Source: Novakomyces olei (taxonomy: Eukaryota). From it: a DNA stretch of 64,000 nt. The first letter of the stretch is position 1, and every line of letters starts with the position of its first letter. The DNA is taken from contig JADEYG010000001.1 of NCBI GenBank assembly GCA_016906335.1, forward strand, positions 310,001 to 374,000. The letters run 5' to 3'. The notes under the pieces were generated by a model, which searched no databases, was not told the DNA's origin, and worked only from the letters and a program-made list of their open reading frames with translations. Shown piece by piece: positions 25,368-35,560 of this stretch. Position numbers and translations under genes: made by a program.

Positions 25368-25618
25368 ATCCGCAATATCAACACATAATCCGCTAAGATA
25401 CGGATCAGATATATCTATATTATTGCTTTTATTGTTATTCTATGCTACGACTATTACTTAATAAAATAATTAAGTATATACTATTATTATCATTATTATT
25501 TTTATGGAACGTCAAAGAATTATTACTTGTCGAAGTCAAGTATAACGAAGTCTATATATATGTGGGCTACCCCCACCAAATCCGCAACTTAGACATCAAA
25601 TCCGCAAATTTACGGACA

Positions 25619-26674
25619 ATGAACAATAACGTTCTTGAAGAGGGGAGGCAGCGCAAGCGATACGCGCTGGACAGCGGTAAGTTCCAATGTGTTGTGTGCA
25701 CTCGACAGTACACCCGAAAGCACGACCGCGACCGTCACATGGAGATGCACGACCCTGATCTGGTTGGCTGGGCCGAAGAGTGGTTTAAGGAGGAAGACCG
25801 ACCGAACAAACAGTTGGCGAGAGACATTTTTACTCTGCTCGCATCGGTTGATTTCGAAAAGCTCAAGCCCCATAGCGAAAGGTTTGTTTTCGATTGCAAG
25901 CCAACATGGGCACATGTCTTCGAGGACCTTTTGGAGGATGAGACAGCTTTGTTTATGGACATACGGGTTCGCGTGCATGATGACGAAATACGAATCGCCC
26001 AGGTCCTCGCATCATTCGTCCAGCCGGGGACTACGAGATACGCAGCCTACAATTTGAGGCCGATCAGCGAATACGGTTTATCGTCAGTGGGCCTTCGCGC
26101 GCAAGGATTGTTGAAGGAAAGTTATTTGAATGAACTTGGATGGAACGGGACTGCCACACCGTCGGGCACAATCACGGACGTTCACGTGGATCCGGTTCTG
26201 TGCGAAACCGTCATTGTGGGAATTCTTGGGAGAAAGCTGGTCTTTACGTGGGCCAATTCAGAGGCCAATTTACAGAAGTTGGAGCCCTATCATCGCAGGC
26301 CAGGAGACTTTATATTACCTGAAGCTCTTCGCAGCCTCGAAGGGTTAAAGATTGGAGTACTAGAGCCGGGAGTTATTTTTCGATTAAGGTCTGGGACACC
26401 ACATGCGGTGATGTCTTTTGAGAAAGCAGTCTTGATGGGTTACTATATTGCTAGCGAAGACCAGGCTTTATACCGAGTGGCAAAGTGGGAATCGTCGTGG
26501 GCTAGTACACAGTTCCCAACTATTCGAGACGAGGTAAAGGAAGATCACGAACGTTGCTTGATGGCATATCGTGATTGGGCAGGAGAAGACAGCAGGAGAC
26601 AAGGCTGGTACAAAAAGGCACAGGCGGCAGTGTCTACGTTTTTGGAAGAGGAGGATAGTGTCATATCAATATGA
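25619..26674 (+). CDS. Retrotransposon-encoded C2H2 zinc finger + JmjC-domain protein (putative histone demethylase/hydroxylase), 351 aa
   Basis: Basic patch RQRKR; C2H2 FQCVVCTRQYTRKHDRDRHMEMH; JmjC TDVHVD...GRKLVF...SGTPHAV...LMGYY. TATA-like TATATATAT at ~25553. Stop codon lies inside the 3' LTR. The frame is open from 25442 but the upstream part is low-complexity. Confidence 0.85.
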   Translation: MNNNVLEEGRQRKRYALDSGKFQCVVCTRQYTRKHDRDRHMEMHDPDLVGWAEEWFKEEDRPNKQLARDIFTLLASVDFEKLKPHSERFVFDCKPTWAHVFEDLLEDETALFMDIRVRVHDDEIRIAQVLASFVQPGTTRYAAYNLRPISEYGLSSVGLRAQGLLKESYLNELGWNGTATPSGTITDVHVDPVLCETVIVGILGRKLVFTWANSEANLQKLEPYHRRPGDFILPEALRSLEGLKIGVLEPGVIFRLRSGTPHAVMSFEKAVLMGYYIASEDQALYRVAKWESSWASTQFPTIRDEVKEDHERCLMAYRDWAGEDSRRQGWYKKAQAAVSTFLEEEDSVISI

Positions 26675-26980
26675 CATAATTCCGTTTTCATCGGAGATAA
26701 TCCGTTCGATTGCGGATTATTTCCAATTCCGGAATTTTAGTTAGCCACTTTGTGGCTTAGACAGTCTTTTCCGTAGTTGTTTCTATTTTTAGTTATAGTT
26801 AGTTAGTTCCAGCAAGGATAAAAGGAGGCCCGTTCGCACTTTTATCCGACGCTGATTATCGACCGTGTTGACCGTGTAAACCGTTTTAAGTACTATTACC
26901 TTCCATTTGGCTTCCCACCACAGTTGCCGTGAAAGCAACACAGCCGTACCCAAACCAAACAAAGAAAAACACAACACTAT

Positions 26981-27352
26981 TGTAAAGAACGTCCAGGACA
27001 CTGTAGGCACTCTAGGCCGAAGAGGAATTGATAGAAACACAAACACAAATAGGAAGGAAGTAAATATATTAAGTGAAGAGCGGAAGCCCTTCACGCTAGC
27101 CTACATACTTTGTTTACTTCGCAGTCACTACTGCTAAGTAAACATTCTACCCTAATTGCGTGTAATCCCGAACCCTACCGGACTACCGGAGTTACCGCTT
27201 ACGCCGAAGTTCCGATACGGAACTTCGTAACTAAAACTAATCGAAACAACTATAAACTACCGAAGTCCGTAATCGGGACTTCGGTCCGAACAAACTACGA
27301 ACAATCTATAAGAAAGCCGGAGGCTCGAGCCTCCGAACAGCCGATCATCACA
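26981..27352. mobile_element. Solo LTR (family I); element A inserted at its left edge
   Basis: TGTAAAG...CATCACA; removing element A restores the TSD CCTAT (20688-20692 and 27353-27357). Confidence 0.7.
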
Positions 27353-27678
27353 CCTATTTAGTCTACAAGGGAGATTAAGATAGGTCTTAATCTTTCGTCC
27401 TGGTCTCTCCCGTTTGTGGAAGATCTAAACGGAATGTGGCATTGCATATCCACGTAACGATCCATTGCATATCCACGTAACGATCGTAGACTGATCCAGC
27501 GTGGTTCTTCGTTTGGGAAACGAACGAGGAAGCGGTTGTATCGTTTGCGAATGATAACTGGCTTGCGTTTGTAATGATATGGTAATTCGAATTGTCTCAG
27601 CCGTTGAGGTTCAATAAAGTTCACGAGTGCACCTTTTGTGCAAGGCACATGTCAGCTCCTGACATTACCCCCCTCTTC
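27353..27678 (-). mobile_element. PPT and start of a 3' LTR of an older Gypsy-like element (family J), probably continuing at ~20512-20692
   Basis: Minus strand reads GAAGAGGGGGGTAA then TGTCAGGAGCTGACA starting at 27664; internal 23-bp tandem duplication at ~27440-27485. Confidence 0.6.
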
Positions 27679-27889
27679 AAAGTCCAAACAGTCCTGCAAT
27701 AGATGTAGCACTATGTGCAGTGTAAAGCATGTATATGTGTTTTTGTTTTTATTATTATTATTACTGTTCTTATTCTTATTCTTATTATTTTTGCCAGATC
27801 ACTCCGAATAAAATCTGCGTTACGATATGGGGTTCGCAGTTATGGCGGTTCAGATCCGGTTTCCGTCCGTATATGCCTTCGGGCACACT

Positions 27890-28161
27890 TGTGAGAAACT
27901 GAAAGGTCGCCGAAGTTCGAAGAACCTTCGGCGGAGCCTATCCTGCGTCTACAGGTACTATTCGGTTCGAGGCGGAGGTAGCCGCAGCAAAAGGAAGGGA
28001 GATGATGATTGAATTGCCCAATCGGGCCTAGTCCCACTTCGTGCGGAAGATACAGCCAGGTTCCGCACGGAACTATGAAAAGATCCTACGAACAACTATG
28101 AAAAAAACCGTTAAAAGTTCCAAAATGGAACTTCGCGAATGGAACTTCGCGGTTCATTACA
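27890..28161 (-). mobile_element. LTR, family H (internally deleted)
   Basis: TGTGAGAAACTGAAAGG...GCGGTTCATTACA, shorter than the other copies. Confidence 0.75.
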
Positions 28162-28189
28162 GTTGTCTTTCTTTGAATTTTTGAGGTTG

Positions 28190-28800
28190 TATTTAATCAA
28201 AGTAGAATTACGTTCATTATTCCATGATCTTGGTGATTGTTTAAGACCATATAGACTTTTTTCTAACTTGCAAACTTGATCTTTATTACCTTTTATGCCT
28301 TAAGGTAATTTCATATATACAGTTTCTTTCAGTTTTCCGTTGAGGAAGGCTGTATCCACATCGACATGAAAAATATTGTAATTATTTATAACACTTAGTG
28401 ACAATAGCTTTCTTATCGTATCCGGTCGCGCAACTGGTGCGTAAGTTTCCTCGTAATCCTGGTTGAAAATTTGGGTATATCCTTGGGCGACTAATCTAGC
28501 TTTGTAGATTGTCTCATTCGTATCAATGTTGTATTTTATTTTGAAAACCCAGCGACATCCCACTACACGCTGATTGTTAGGTTTCGTAGTTATTTTCCAT
28601 ACATTATTTCTGGTCATTGCCTCAAGTTCTTTATTAATTGCCTTTTTTCACTCAGAACTGTATGGACCATTGACAGCTTCATAGTAGCTTTGTGGTTCCA
28701 CAGGTAGATCTGTAACATGGTTCACTTGTTCGTCCGGTTTTGTCCGTATTTTGAGGTAATCGTCTCCCTCCAATAAAGGCGATAGCACTTTTCTCAGTTT
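28190..28800 (-). pseudogene. Ty1/Copia reverse transcriptase remnant
   Basis: VGCRWVFKIK, YKARLVAQGYTQ, DYEETYAPVA, DVDTAFLNG; in-frame stops. Confidence 0.88.
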
Positions 28801-28964
28801 TTCATTGGATATACCTGGAAACTTTAAATTTCTTTCCAGATAAGATCTCAGTCAACTCATTATCAACCCTTTTTTCATCTGCCATTTCAATATCATTAAT
28901 ATCAGTGGTTTTGTCTTCTTCACTAATATTTTGGATATTTTTAGTCACATCGTCCGCACCATTT

Positions 28965-29691
28965 TGTCATGATCCCCGCCTCGAGTGTCATGATCCCCGG
29001 CTCGCGCGAACCACGACAACGAACGACGCCTGAAGTCCTGTAGCGCCAAAGGCGATGACTTCAGGCTAGATAGATCTAAATAGCTCGCGCGAGGTAATGT
29101 TGGACATTACTCGCGCGAAGCGCGTAAGTGGCCTAGCTCGCGAGCAGGTTGGACCTGGCTCGCGCGAAGCAGGTCCACGTCCATGCCCGCGCGACGTAGG
29201 CACGTCGCGGCGCATGACAGTAGTAGTAGCGATCGCGCATCGCTACGAAGCTAGATAGATCGATCCATAGAGTTCATAGCTCGCCACCGCTTTCCCAATG
29301 CGGATGGTCTGGGACCATCGCATTGCGATCGTGGTGGGATGAGGCTTAGGCCGCGAAGTGGCTGAGCGAGCCGCTAAGCCTCATAGGATAGTCTACATAG
29401 TCGCCCATGGAGAGAACTTTCTCCACGGGCTTATAATCTCAAAGTTGCTACATAGCCTTGTAGCAGGTAAGCTTTAGAGAAGCGCCGTCGCCTTTTCAAG
29501 GACAACGTCCTTTTCCTTTTCTTTAGTTCTTGCGCCGGGCGCAAGTCTACGTTCCCGTTTCTCGGTACTCGCTTCGCGCGGTACCCGATTGAACTTCTTT
29601 TGTCGAGCGGTCTCGCAAAGGACGGTCCGTGTTCGCCTGTAGCGACACGCGAGTTTACACCGCGGTGCTCCCCTCTAAGGTCCACCTTACA
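28965..29691 (+). mobile_element. Solo LTR, family B, with a duplicated 21-bp 5' terminus
   Basis: Matches the LTRs of element B; TSD CATTT (28960-28964, 29692-29696). Confidence 0.92.
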
Positions 29692-29881
29692 CATTTGAAG
29701 ATAAAACAGTTGCAACATTCATTTCATTATTTGTAACATCTGATTTAATTTCATATGACGTTTTTTCTTGTGCAGTAGATTCAGCCTTTTCTGAATTATT
29801 TGTAGATGTGTCCGCTGTATAATTATTCGATAATTTATCGCCATTTTCCAAATCATTTCGTATTTGGGACTCATTTGTAGG

Positions 29882-30282
29882 TGTGAGAAACTGAAAGGTC
29901 GCCGAAGTTCGAAGAACTTTCGGCGGAGCCTATCCTGCCTCTATAGGTACTGTTGCTTAAACCGCAGCAAAATGGAGGAGAGTTCGTAGAACTCGTAAAT
30001 TGAATTCTATTCTTGTTTTAAAGAGAGAGAGAGAGAGTTAACCCGTGAAGAGAAATCTCTTACCGGGTGCGGAACTATTTATAGAACCTTGGCGTGACTG
30101 TTGCGTGGCTGGCGAAGTCCAGCCACGCGGTGGCCGAATTGCCCAGTCGGGCCTAGTCCCACTTCATGCGGAAGATACAGCTTCCGCACGGAACTATGAA
30201 AAGATCTTATGAACAACTATGAAAAAAACCGTTAAAAGTTCCAAATTCGAACTTCGCGAATGGAACTTCGCGGTTCATTACA
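29882..30282 (-). mobile_element. Solo LTR, family H
   Basis: TG...CA ends; near-TSD GTAGG/GTAGA. Confidence 0.82.
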
Positions 30283-30739
30283 GTAGAAGAAACGGTAGTT
30301 TCATTTAAATTGTTCTTTAAAGAGCGTTCCAAAAAATTGCTGTTGTTATGGTTGTTGAAGGCGAAAGCCTAAAGGAGAACCCAATTGCCGGATTTCACGC
30401 CGGCTCTGGGACTATGAGAAAATTAAGAGATAGAACTGGTTTTAAAAGATTGGGTTTCCCCAAAGTTCGATTACACGTAGCGAGAAAAGTAGAAGCAGGA
30501 CCTCTATTTATATCCTCGCTACGTAGAATATTCTAAAAACACTAACTACTTAAACGATTAGACAAACTAACAAGTAAAAGCAGTCAAAACAATAATAGTC
30601 AATAAATAATAGATAATAGATAATAGATAATAAATAAATATTAAATAAAGACAACAAACAAACAATAAAATAGCGCTTTCAATAGCGTCGGTGCTATCGA
30701 AGACGCAATAACAATATAGAAATAAATTCAATCGTAACA

Positions 30740-30980
30740 GATATCGTAGTTGTTGAGTGAACTATTGAAAAAGTCTTGTTCAAGAAAAATGACATCTCTT
30801 GATACAATACGTTTCCCACTTTTCAACTCAGACAAAACATAACCTTTTTGAGTTTCAGAATATCCTAGGAATATATATTCTTTCCCTCTCTGTTTCAACT
30901 TAGATTTTTCTTCTGTTTGCTTATTTTTTCAATTGCTAAACATCCAAAAATCTTTAAATTATCCAAGTTCGGTGCTTTTC
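30740..30980 (-). pseudogene. Ty1/Copia integrase C-terminal (GKGY/SH3-like) remnant
   Basis: Minus strand translates to LKIFGCLA...YIFLGYSETQKGY...IVSRDVIF. Confidence 0.7.
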
Positions 30981-32207
30981 TGTCATGAAATGACATAGTA
31001 CAGCAGTTGGCGTTGTCGACAATGTTGTAAGGTGGCCCTTAGAGGGGAGCACCGCGGTGTAAACTCGCGTGTCGCTACAGGCGAACACGGACTGTCCTTT
31101 GCGAGACCGCTCGACAGAAGAAGTTCAATCGGGTACCGCGCGAAGCGAGTACCGAGAAACGGGAACGTAGACTTGCGCCCGGCGCAAGAACTAAGGAAAA
31201 GGAAAAGGACGTTGTCCTTGAAAAGGCGACGGCGCTTCTCTAAAGCTTACCTGCTACAAGGCTATGTAGCAACTTTGCGATTATAAGCCCGTGGAGAAAG
31301 TTCTCTCCATGGGCGACTATGTAGACTATCCTATGAGGCTTAACGGCTCGCTTAGCCACTTCGCGGCCTAAGCCTCATCCCACCACGATCTCAATGCGAT
31401 GGTCCCAGACCATCCGCATTGGGAAAGCGGTGGCGAGCTATGAACTCTATGGATCGATCTATCTAGCTTCGTAGCGATGCGCGATCGCTACTACTACTGT
31501 CATGCGCCGCGACGTGCCTACGTCGCGCGGGCATGGACGTGGACCTGCTTCGCGCGAGCCAGGTCCAACCTGCTCGCGAGCTAGGCCACTTACGCGCTTC
31601 GCGCGAGTAATGTCCAACATTACCTCGCGCGAGCTGTTTAGATCTATCTAGCCTGAAGTCATCGCCTTTGGCGCTACAGGACTTCAGGCGTCGTTCGCTG
31701 TCGTGGTTCACGCGAGGCGGGGATCATGACAGTTGTCTGCTGAGTGTTCGTTGTTTAAAGTTTCGTATTTGTTTTATAGTATAAGAGTCTCTATTAGAGG
31801 CTTGAGCACTAAGTTCGTAGTTTTTGTTAGCTTAGTATTTTAGTGTGCTTGACCCTTTTAGAGTCATATGCACTATAGTGTTTCAGCCCACTTATACTCA
31901 ACTATAAGGAGGCTTAGTTAGTTTAGGATCACGCCACTCTTGCGTGATCGGAAGGATTATATATAGAGGACCCAACTCCTCTTAGTCCTTCGTGCGATAT
32001 ATTATTATTCATTATTATTGTTCCTAACTATTATTTCTAATTAACGCTATTCTATTAGTATGCGTTTAGTACCACTCAGTTTTCCTGGCAACTCCCTGCT
32101 GGAAGGTCAGCGTGCTTACTGACCGCAGTGGCACTGAACCAGACAGAGAGGTTGTGTTAAGCCCGGAAAGGAGGACCTCCAACGACAATCGTCCCCCTTT
32201 TTTAACA
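30981..32207. mobile_element. Probable LTR (family D) interrupted by a family B LTR
   Basis: Begins TGTCATGAAATGACA, ends TTTTAACA; TATA-like core near 31957; flanks do not give a clean TSD. Confidence 0.45.
31026..31731 (-). mobile_element. LTR, family B (706 bp)
   Basis: Reverse complement of 45534-46239; flanks AATGT/GTTGT do not match fully. Confidence 0.9.
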
Positions 32208-32583
32208 TTCTCGCACGCTAGCGAGTGCAACCCTTTGCACTCCGCTAGCGCGAGAACAATTCATAGTTATTTCGTAGACTAGTTTAGGACGAGAGCTTTC
32301 CGCTCTAACTTGTGCGACCTTCGCATAAGTTAGCTTGGGAAGAGTAGTTTAGTATGCGAAGAAGCATCCGCTCCTCCGCAACTAAATTCAGTTTACAGTT
32401 GCCTGTGAAGGCCTCTCGCCCTTCACGGGTTGATTATCTCAAAGTGGGAGTAATATATTATATTACTCCTGGTAAGCCTAATAGTAATCGCTTTCTGTGT
32501 CTTGGGTCTCTTTACTCTTTTGACTTCTGTTTAACTATACACGACCGGCCTCCAGCGGTTGTGGCTGTAAGGAGCGCCTTACA
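32208..32583 (+). mobile_element. Partial LTR, family C (3' half, diverged)
   Basis: Similar to 55620-55961; ends CCTTACA. Confidence 0.8.
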
Positions 32584-33142
32584 CTTATTCTCAATATTAT
32601 TATTATTCTAATTATCTCTTATTATGAGTTTTATCATTTACTGTGAATTACTTAATTACTTCTTACTATATGTTAGCGAATATATACACAGCTCATATTT
32701 CGTTATAACAGATTTAATATATTATTATATATGGTGCTCACAACATTACTCATTGTTTTTATCTTTGCGGGATCTTGTTAAAAATATTTTCACGGCGCTA
32801 CAAACACCGTTACAGAACATATAGCGCGATGACGGAGCTCACGCGTCCGAGGGAGGAGAGTGGCGAAGAGCCCAGTGGTCGGAAGCGCAGACAGCGCAAC
32901 GGAGGTTCGTTTAAATGTGAAGTGTGCGATCAGCCCTTTTACTATTCGAAAGATCTGAGAAAACACGAGCAGTCGTTCCATTCGATCAACCTAACGGAAA
33001 TAATAAATGGATGGAAGAAGAAAGCAGACAAGGCTATCAACTACGATATCGGATTATTGGCCTTAAAACGCGCTTTTGAATCTCCACATCATCTCATCGA
33101 AGTGGAAAAACAGGACGCGAAAATAACAATTAATCAGATCAT

Positions 33143-33581
33143 TGTAATGAACCATTTAGGGTTAGTTAGGGTTAGCGTTATAGATATAGTTTAGGGTTAT
33201 GGTTAGGGTTTACCCCACCTAGGATCCCTACCTAGGATCCCCTCTTCATTACTTACCTTTTTCCCCTCTTTTATTTCGTCTATACACTTCCGCGCGTTTA
33301 TTTACTTTGCGCTATTTATTTGTTTACTTTTTTCCGTTTTCGGCGCAGCCCCTTCGCAGCGTGCTGCGCCTTTCTCCTCCGTCCGTAGCTTATAAATAGC
33401 ACCGTGGTGAGCCCAGCTCCCCACGGGTAAATCTATTCTATATAATTTCTATTCTATTTTCTATCTATTTATTTTCTATTCTATTCAATTTCTCTATTTA
33501 ATTTTCTAATATATTTTCTTTTACTTTCAGACGCCTACGTTTCGCTCCGCCTTTCTTCCCTCCTTTTCCCCTTTCCTCACA
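33143..33581 (+). mobile_element. Solo LTR, family F (TTAGGG-containing)
   Basis: TGTAATG...CCTCACA; TSD ATCAT. Confidence 0.9.
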
Positions 33582-34055
33582 ATCATTGAGGTCTTTTTTA
33601 AGGAGAAACAATGTATCCTATTGAAAACTTATACGCGAACGGCCGACCCAGATCTGACAGTGACAAAATTTGTGACTAGTCTTATTGACAGTACAAAGAA
33701 GATTGCTATCTACAATATCAGTGGCGGAAACGAGCTTGTCCAGCCAGCGAGAGGCATGTTGGAATCTCGGATTTTTGGCTACACGCGATAACGCCCGCGT
33801 CCACTATCACCGACGTGCGCGTGGACAACATATCGCTCGGGCATACGATTTATTGTTTATCGGGAAAAAAGCTATTGTTTCTGTGGCCCGGTTTTGAGGA
33901 TCATCTGACACAGTTTGCCACATACCATCGGGCAGATGGAGATCTTTACTTACCAAAGGCGATCAAAGAATTGCGCGATTTGAAATTGGCTATATTGGGG
34001 GCGGGAGATTTTGTGATACTTCCGGCGGGTCACTGCATGCGGTTATAACCGTTGA

Positions 34056-34406
34056 TGTTAGGGGGTGACCCTGGGTGATGGACTAGCCCGATATCGCGCG
34101 GGCGGAGGCAGGAAGATGGGACGAACCAGAGTACTGTCGGGGATTATTGCAACAAGGAAACTAAGGAGCCTACAGTTGCGAAGTATAGGCGTAACCTAAA
34201 TTGATTTCACACAAGGGACAAGTAGAAGACAAGCCTCTATTTATAAGCTTGACCCTTGTGGTTAAACTATGAGAAAAACTATTCTAGAACTATCTAAGCC
34301 ACGTTAAACGAATAACTAAAAGTAATAAAGTAATAAACTGAAAAGTAGAATAAGACTCGTCGCTATATCAACCGTTCATAGCGGCATAAATAGCGACTCC
34401 CTAACA
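34056..34406. mobile_element. Solo LTR, family G
   Basis: Terminal inverted repeat TGTTAGGG...CCCTAACA; TSD GTTGA. Confidence 0.88.
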
Positions 34407-35179
34407 GTTGAGATCTCTATGATTACCGGCTACATGTTTGTCGACAAGTGCGCCGATTGGAAAAATCTAGCGCTTTGGGACGCAAAGGCTGCTCGAGATG
34501 ATGCCGCGGTGGCTGCTGTTTTTAGCGAGCACCAGGAGGCCTTGGAGCTGCTATCCTCGTGCAACCTGCTTACCCCAAATATCGAAGGAGACGTCAAGGC
34601 AGGAATTGAATACCTCGAGTCTTGAGGAGAGGGTAGTTACGGTGCGCTATATGAGGCGCTAGCTAGCGCTGAAGATAGCGCTTTTTCATTCTTTAATTTG
34701 TTTTTTTAAACTTTGTGTTACGACTTCTATTTTTAATTCTATTTTTAACTATCAGCTTCTATTATTAGTTAGCAACTTAGTTTAGTTTTATTAGTTAGTT
34801 TGATTAGTTAGTTTGATAAGTTTTTCGGGCTAAGCCCCACGGAGCGTCATAAGAATGGCACACTCCCCTCTTATGTTTGCTACGTGTAATCAAATTTTGG
34901 TGTGCAATATTTGTGTGTTCAATTTCTAGGTTCCCTACTTTCTACGTATCCTCAACAGAGCCAGCGTGAGATCTGGCATCATCACCTTATTGCACATTTA
35001 CGACTTATTGGAAGTAAAACCCCCATAACAAAATACCTTTACAAAAAGAGAATGTGCAACATGTTAAACCCACTAATTTACAAGATTTTTAAGCAACATG
35101 GCATGAACGTCTCGCCTATGCAAGTAAACAATATTGGTTGAATTTAAAAATGGAATGGCAGCCGGCAAAATACAGAACT

Positions 35180-35560
35180 TACCGACTGATTAGACTGAAA
35201 CATGCATTACGTGCAAACTTTCAAATATTACAAGGACACAATTTCCCACAGATAATAGAACTAGGCCAACCAAATCATTTGGTTCATAGCGATGTTTGCG
35301 GTCTAATAATGTTCAATCAAAATAAAATTCAAATCTTTTACTACATTTAATGAAGACATTTCTAAATACACGTTTTTTTATCTAGTGAAAAATACAAGTA
35401 TCAAAACTGGTTTCAGAATTTTTTCCATTAATTAAAACTTAACTTGGAGAAAAATAAAACTATTCAAAACAGAGAATCGGCTTGAATTTTTAAATTCAAA
35501 AATGTCAATGTTAACAAACAATTTGGCATTATACATCAAACTTCCACGATTTATAGGTTT
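35180..35560 (+). pseudogene. Decayed Ty1/Copia integrase fragment
   Basis: HLVHSDVCG motif and a degenerate xDNGxEF-like segment; multiple stops. Confidence 0.6.

Larger units (their letters stand above)
20694..26976 (+). mobile_element. Full-length Ty3/Gypsy chromovirus, element A (6283 bp), carrying an extra C2H2-JmjC gene
   Basis: 318-bp TG...CA LTRs at 20694-21011 and 26659-26976 that look identical; TSD CTATT (20689-20693, 26977-26981); PPT GGAAGAGGAGGATAG 26644-26658; gag, PR, RT-RH-IN-chromodomain. Confidence 0.96.
32829..34625 (+). pseudogene. Disrupted C2H2-JmjC accessory gene of a second Gypsy lineage, followed by a PPT
   Basis: RKRRQR + FKCEVCDQPFYYSKDLRKHEQSFH; TPASTITDVRVD...LSGKKLLFLW...YHRADGDLYLPKA...HAVITVEISMITGY after removing solo LTRs 33143-33581 and 34056-34406; frameshifts present; PPT-like GAGGAGAGGGTAG at 34624-34636. 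Confidence 0.8.

Noticed and set aside
25442-25618. Hydrophobic N-terminal extension of the third ORF suggesting an env-like or signal-peptide protein
   Set aside because: Derived from low-complexity TTA/TAT-rich spacer DNA; a TATA-like box and ATG 25619 fit better, the relic homologue starts at the equivalent position, and the rest of the protein is nuclear-type (C2H2, JmjC).
33150-33215. Interstitial telomere or chromosome fusion scar
   Set aside because: The TTAGGG units lie within a TSD-flanked LTR present twice, so they belong to the mobile element.
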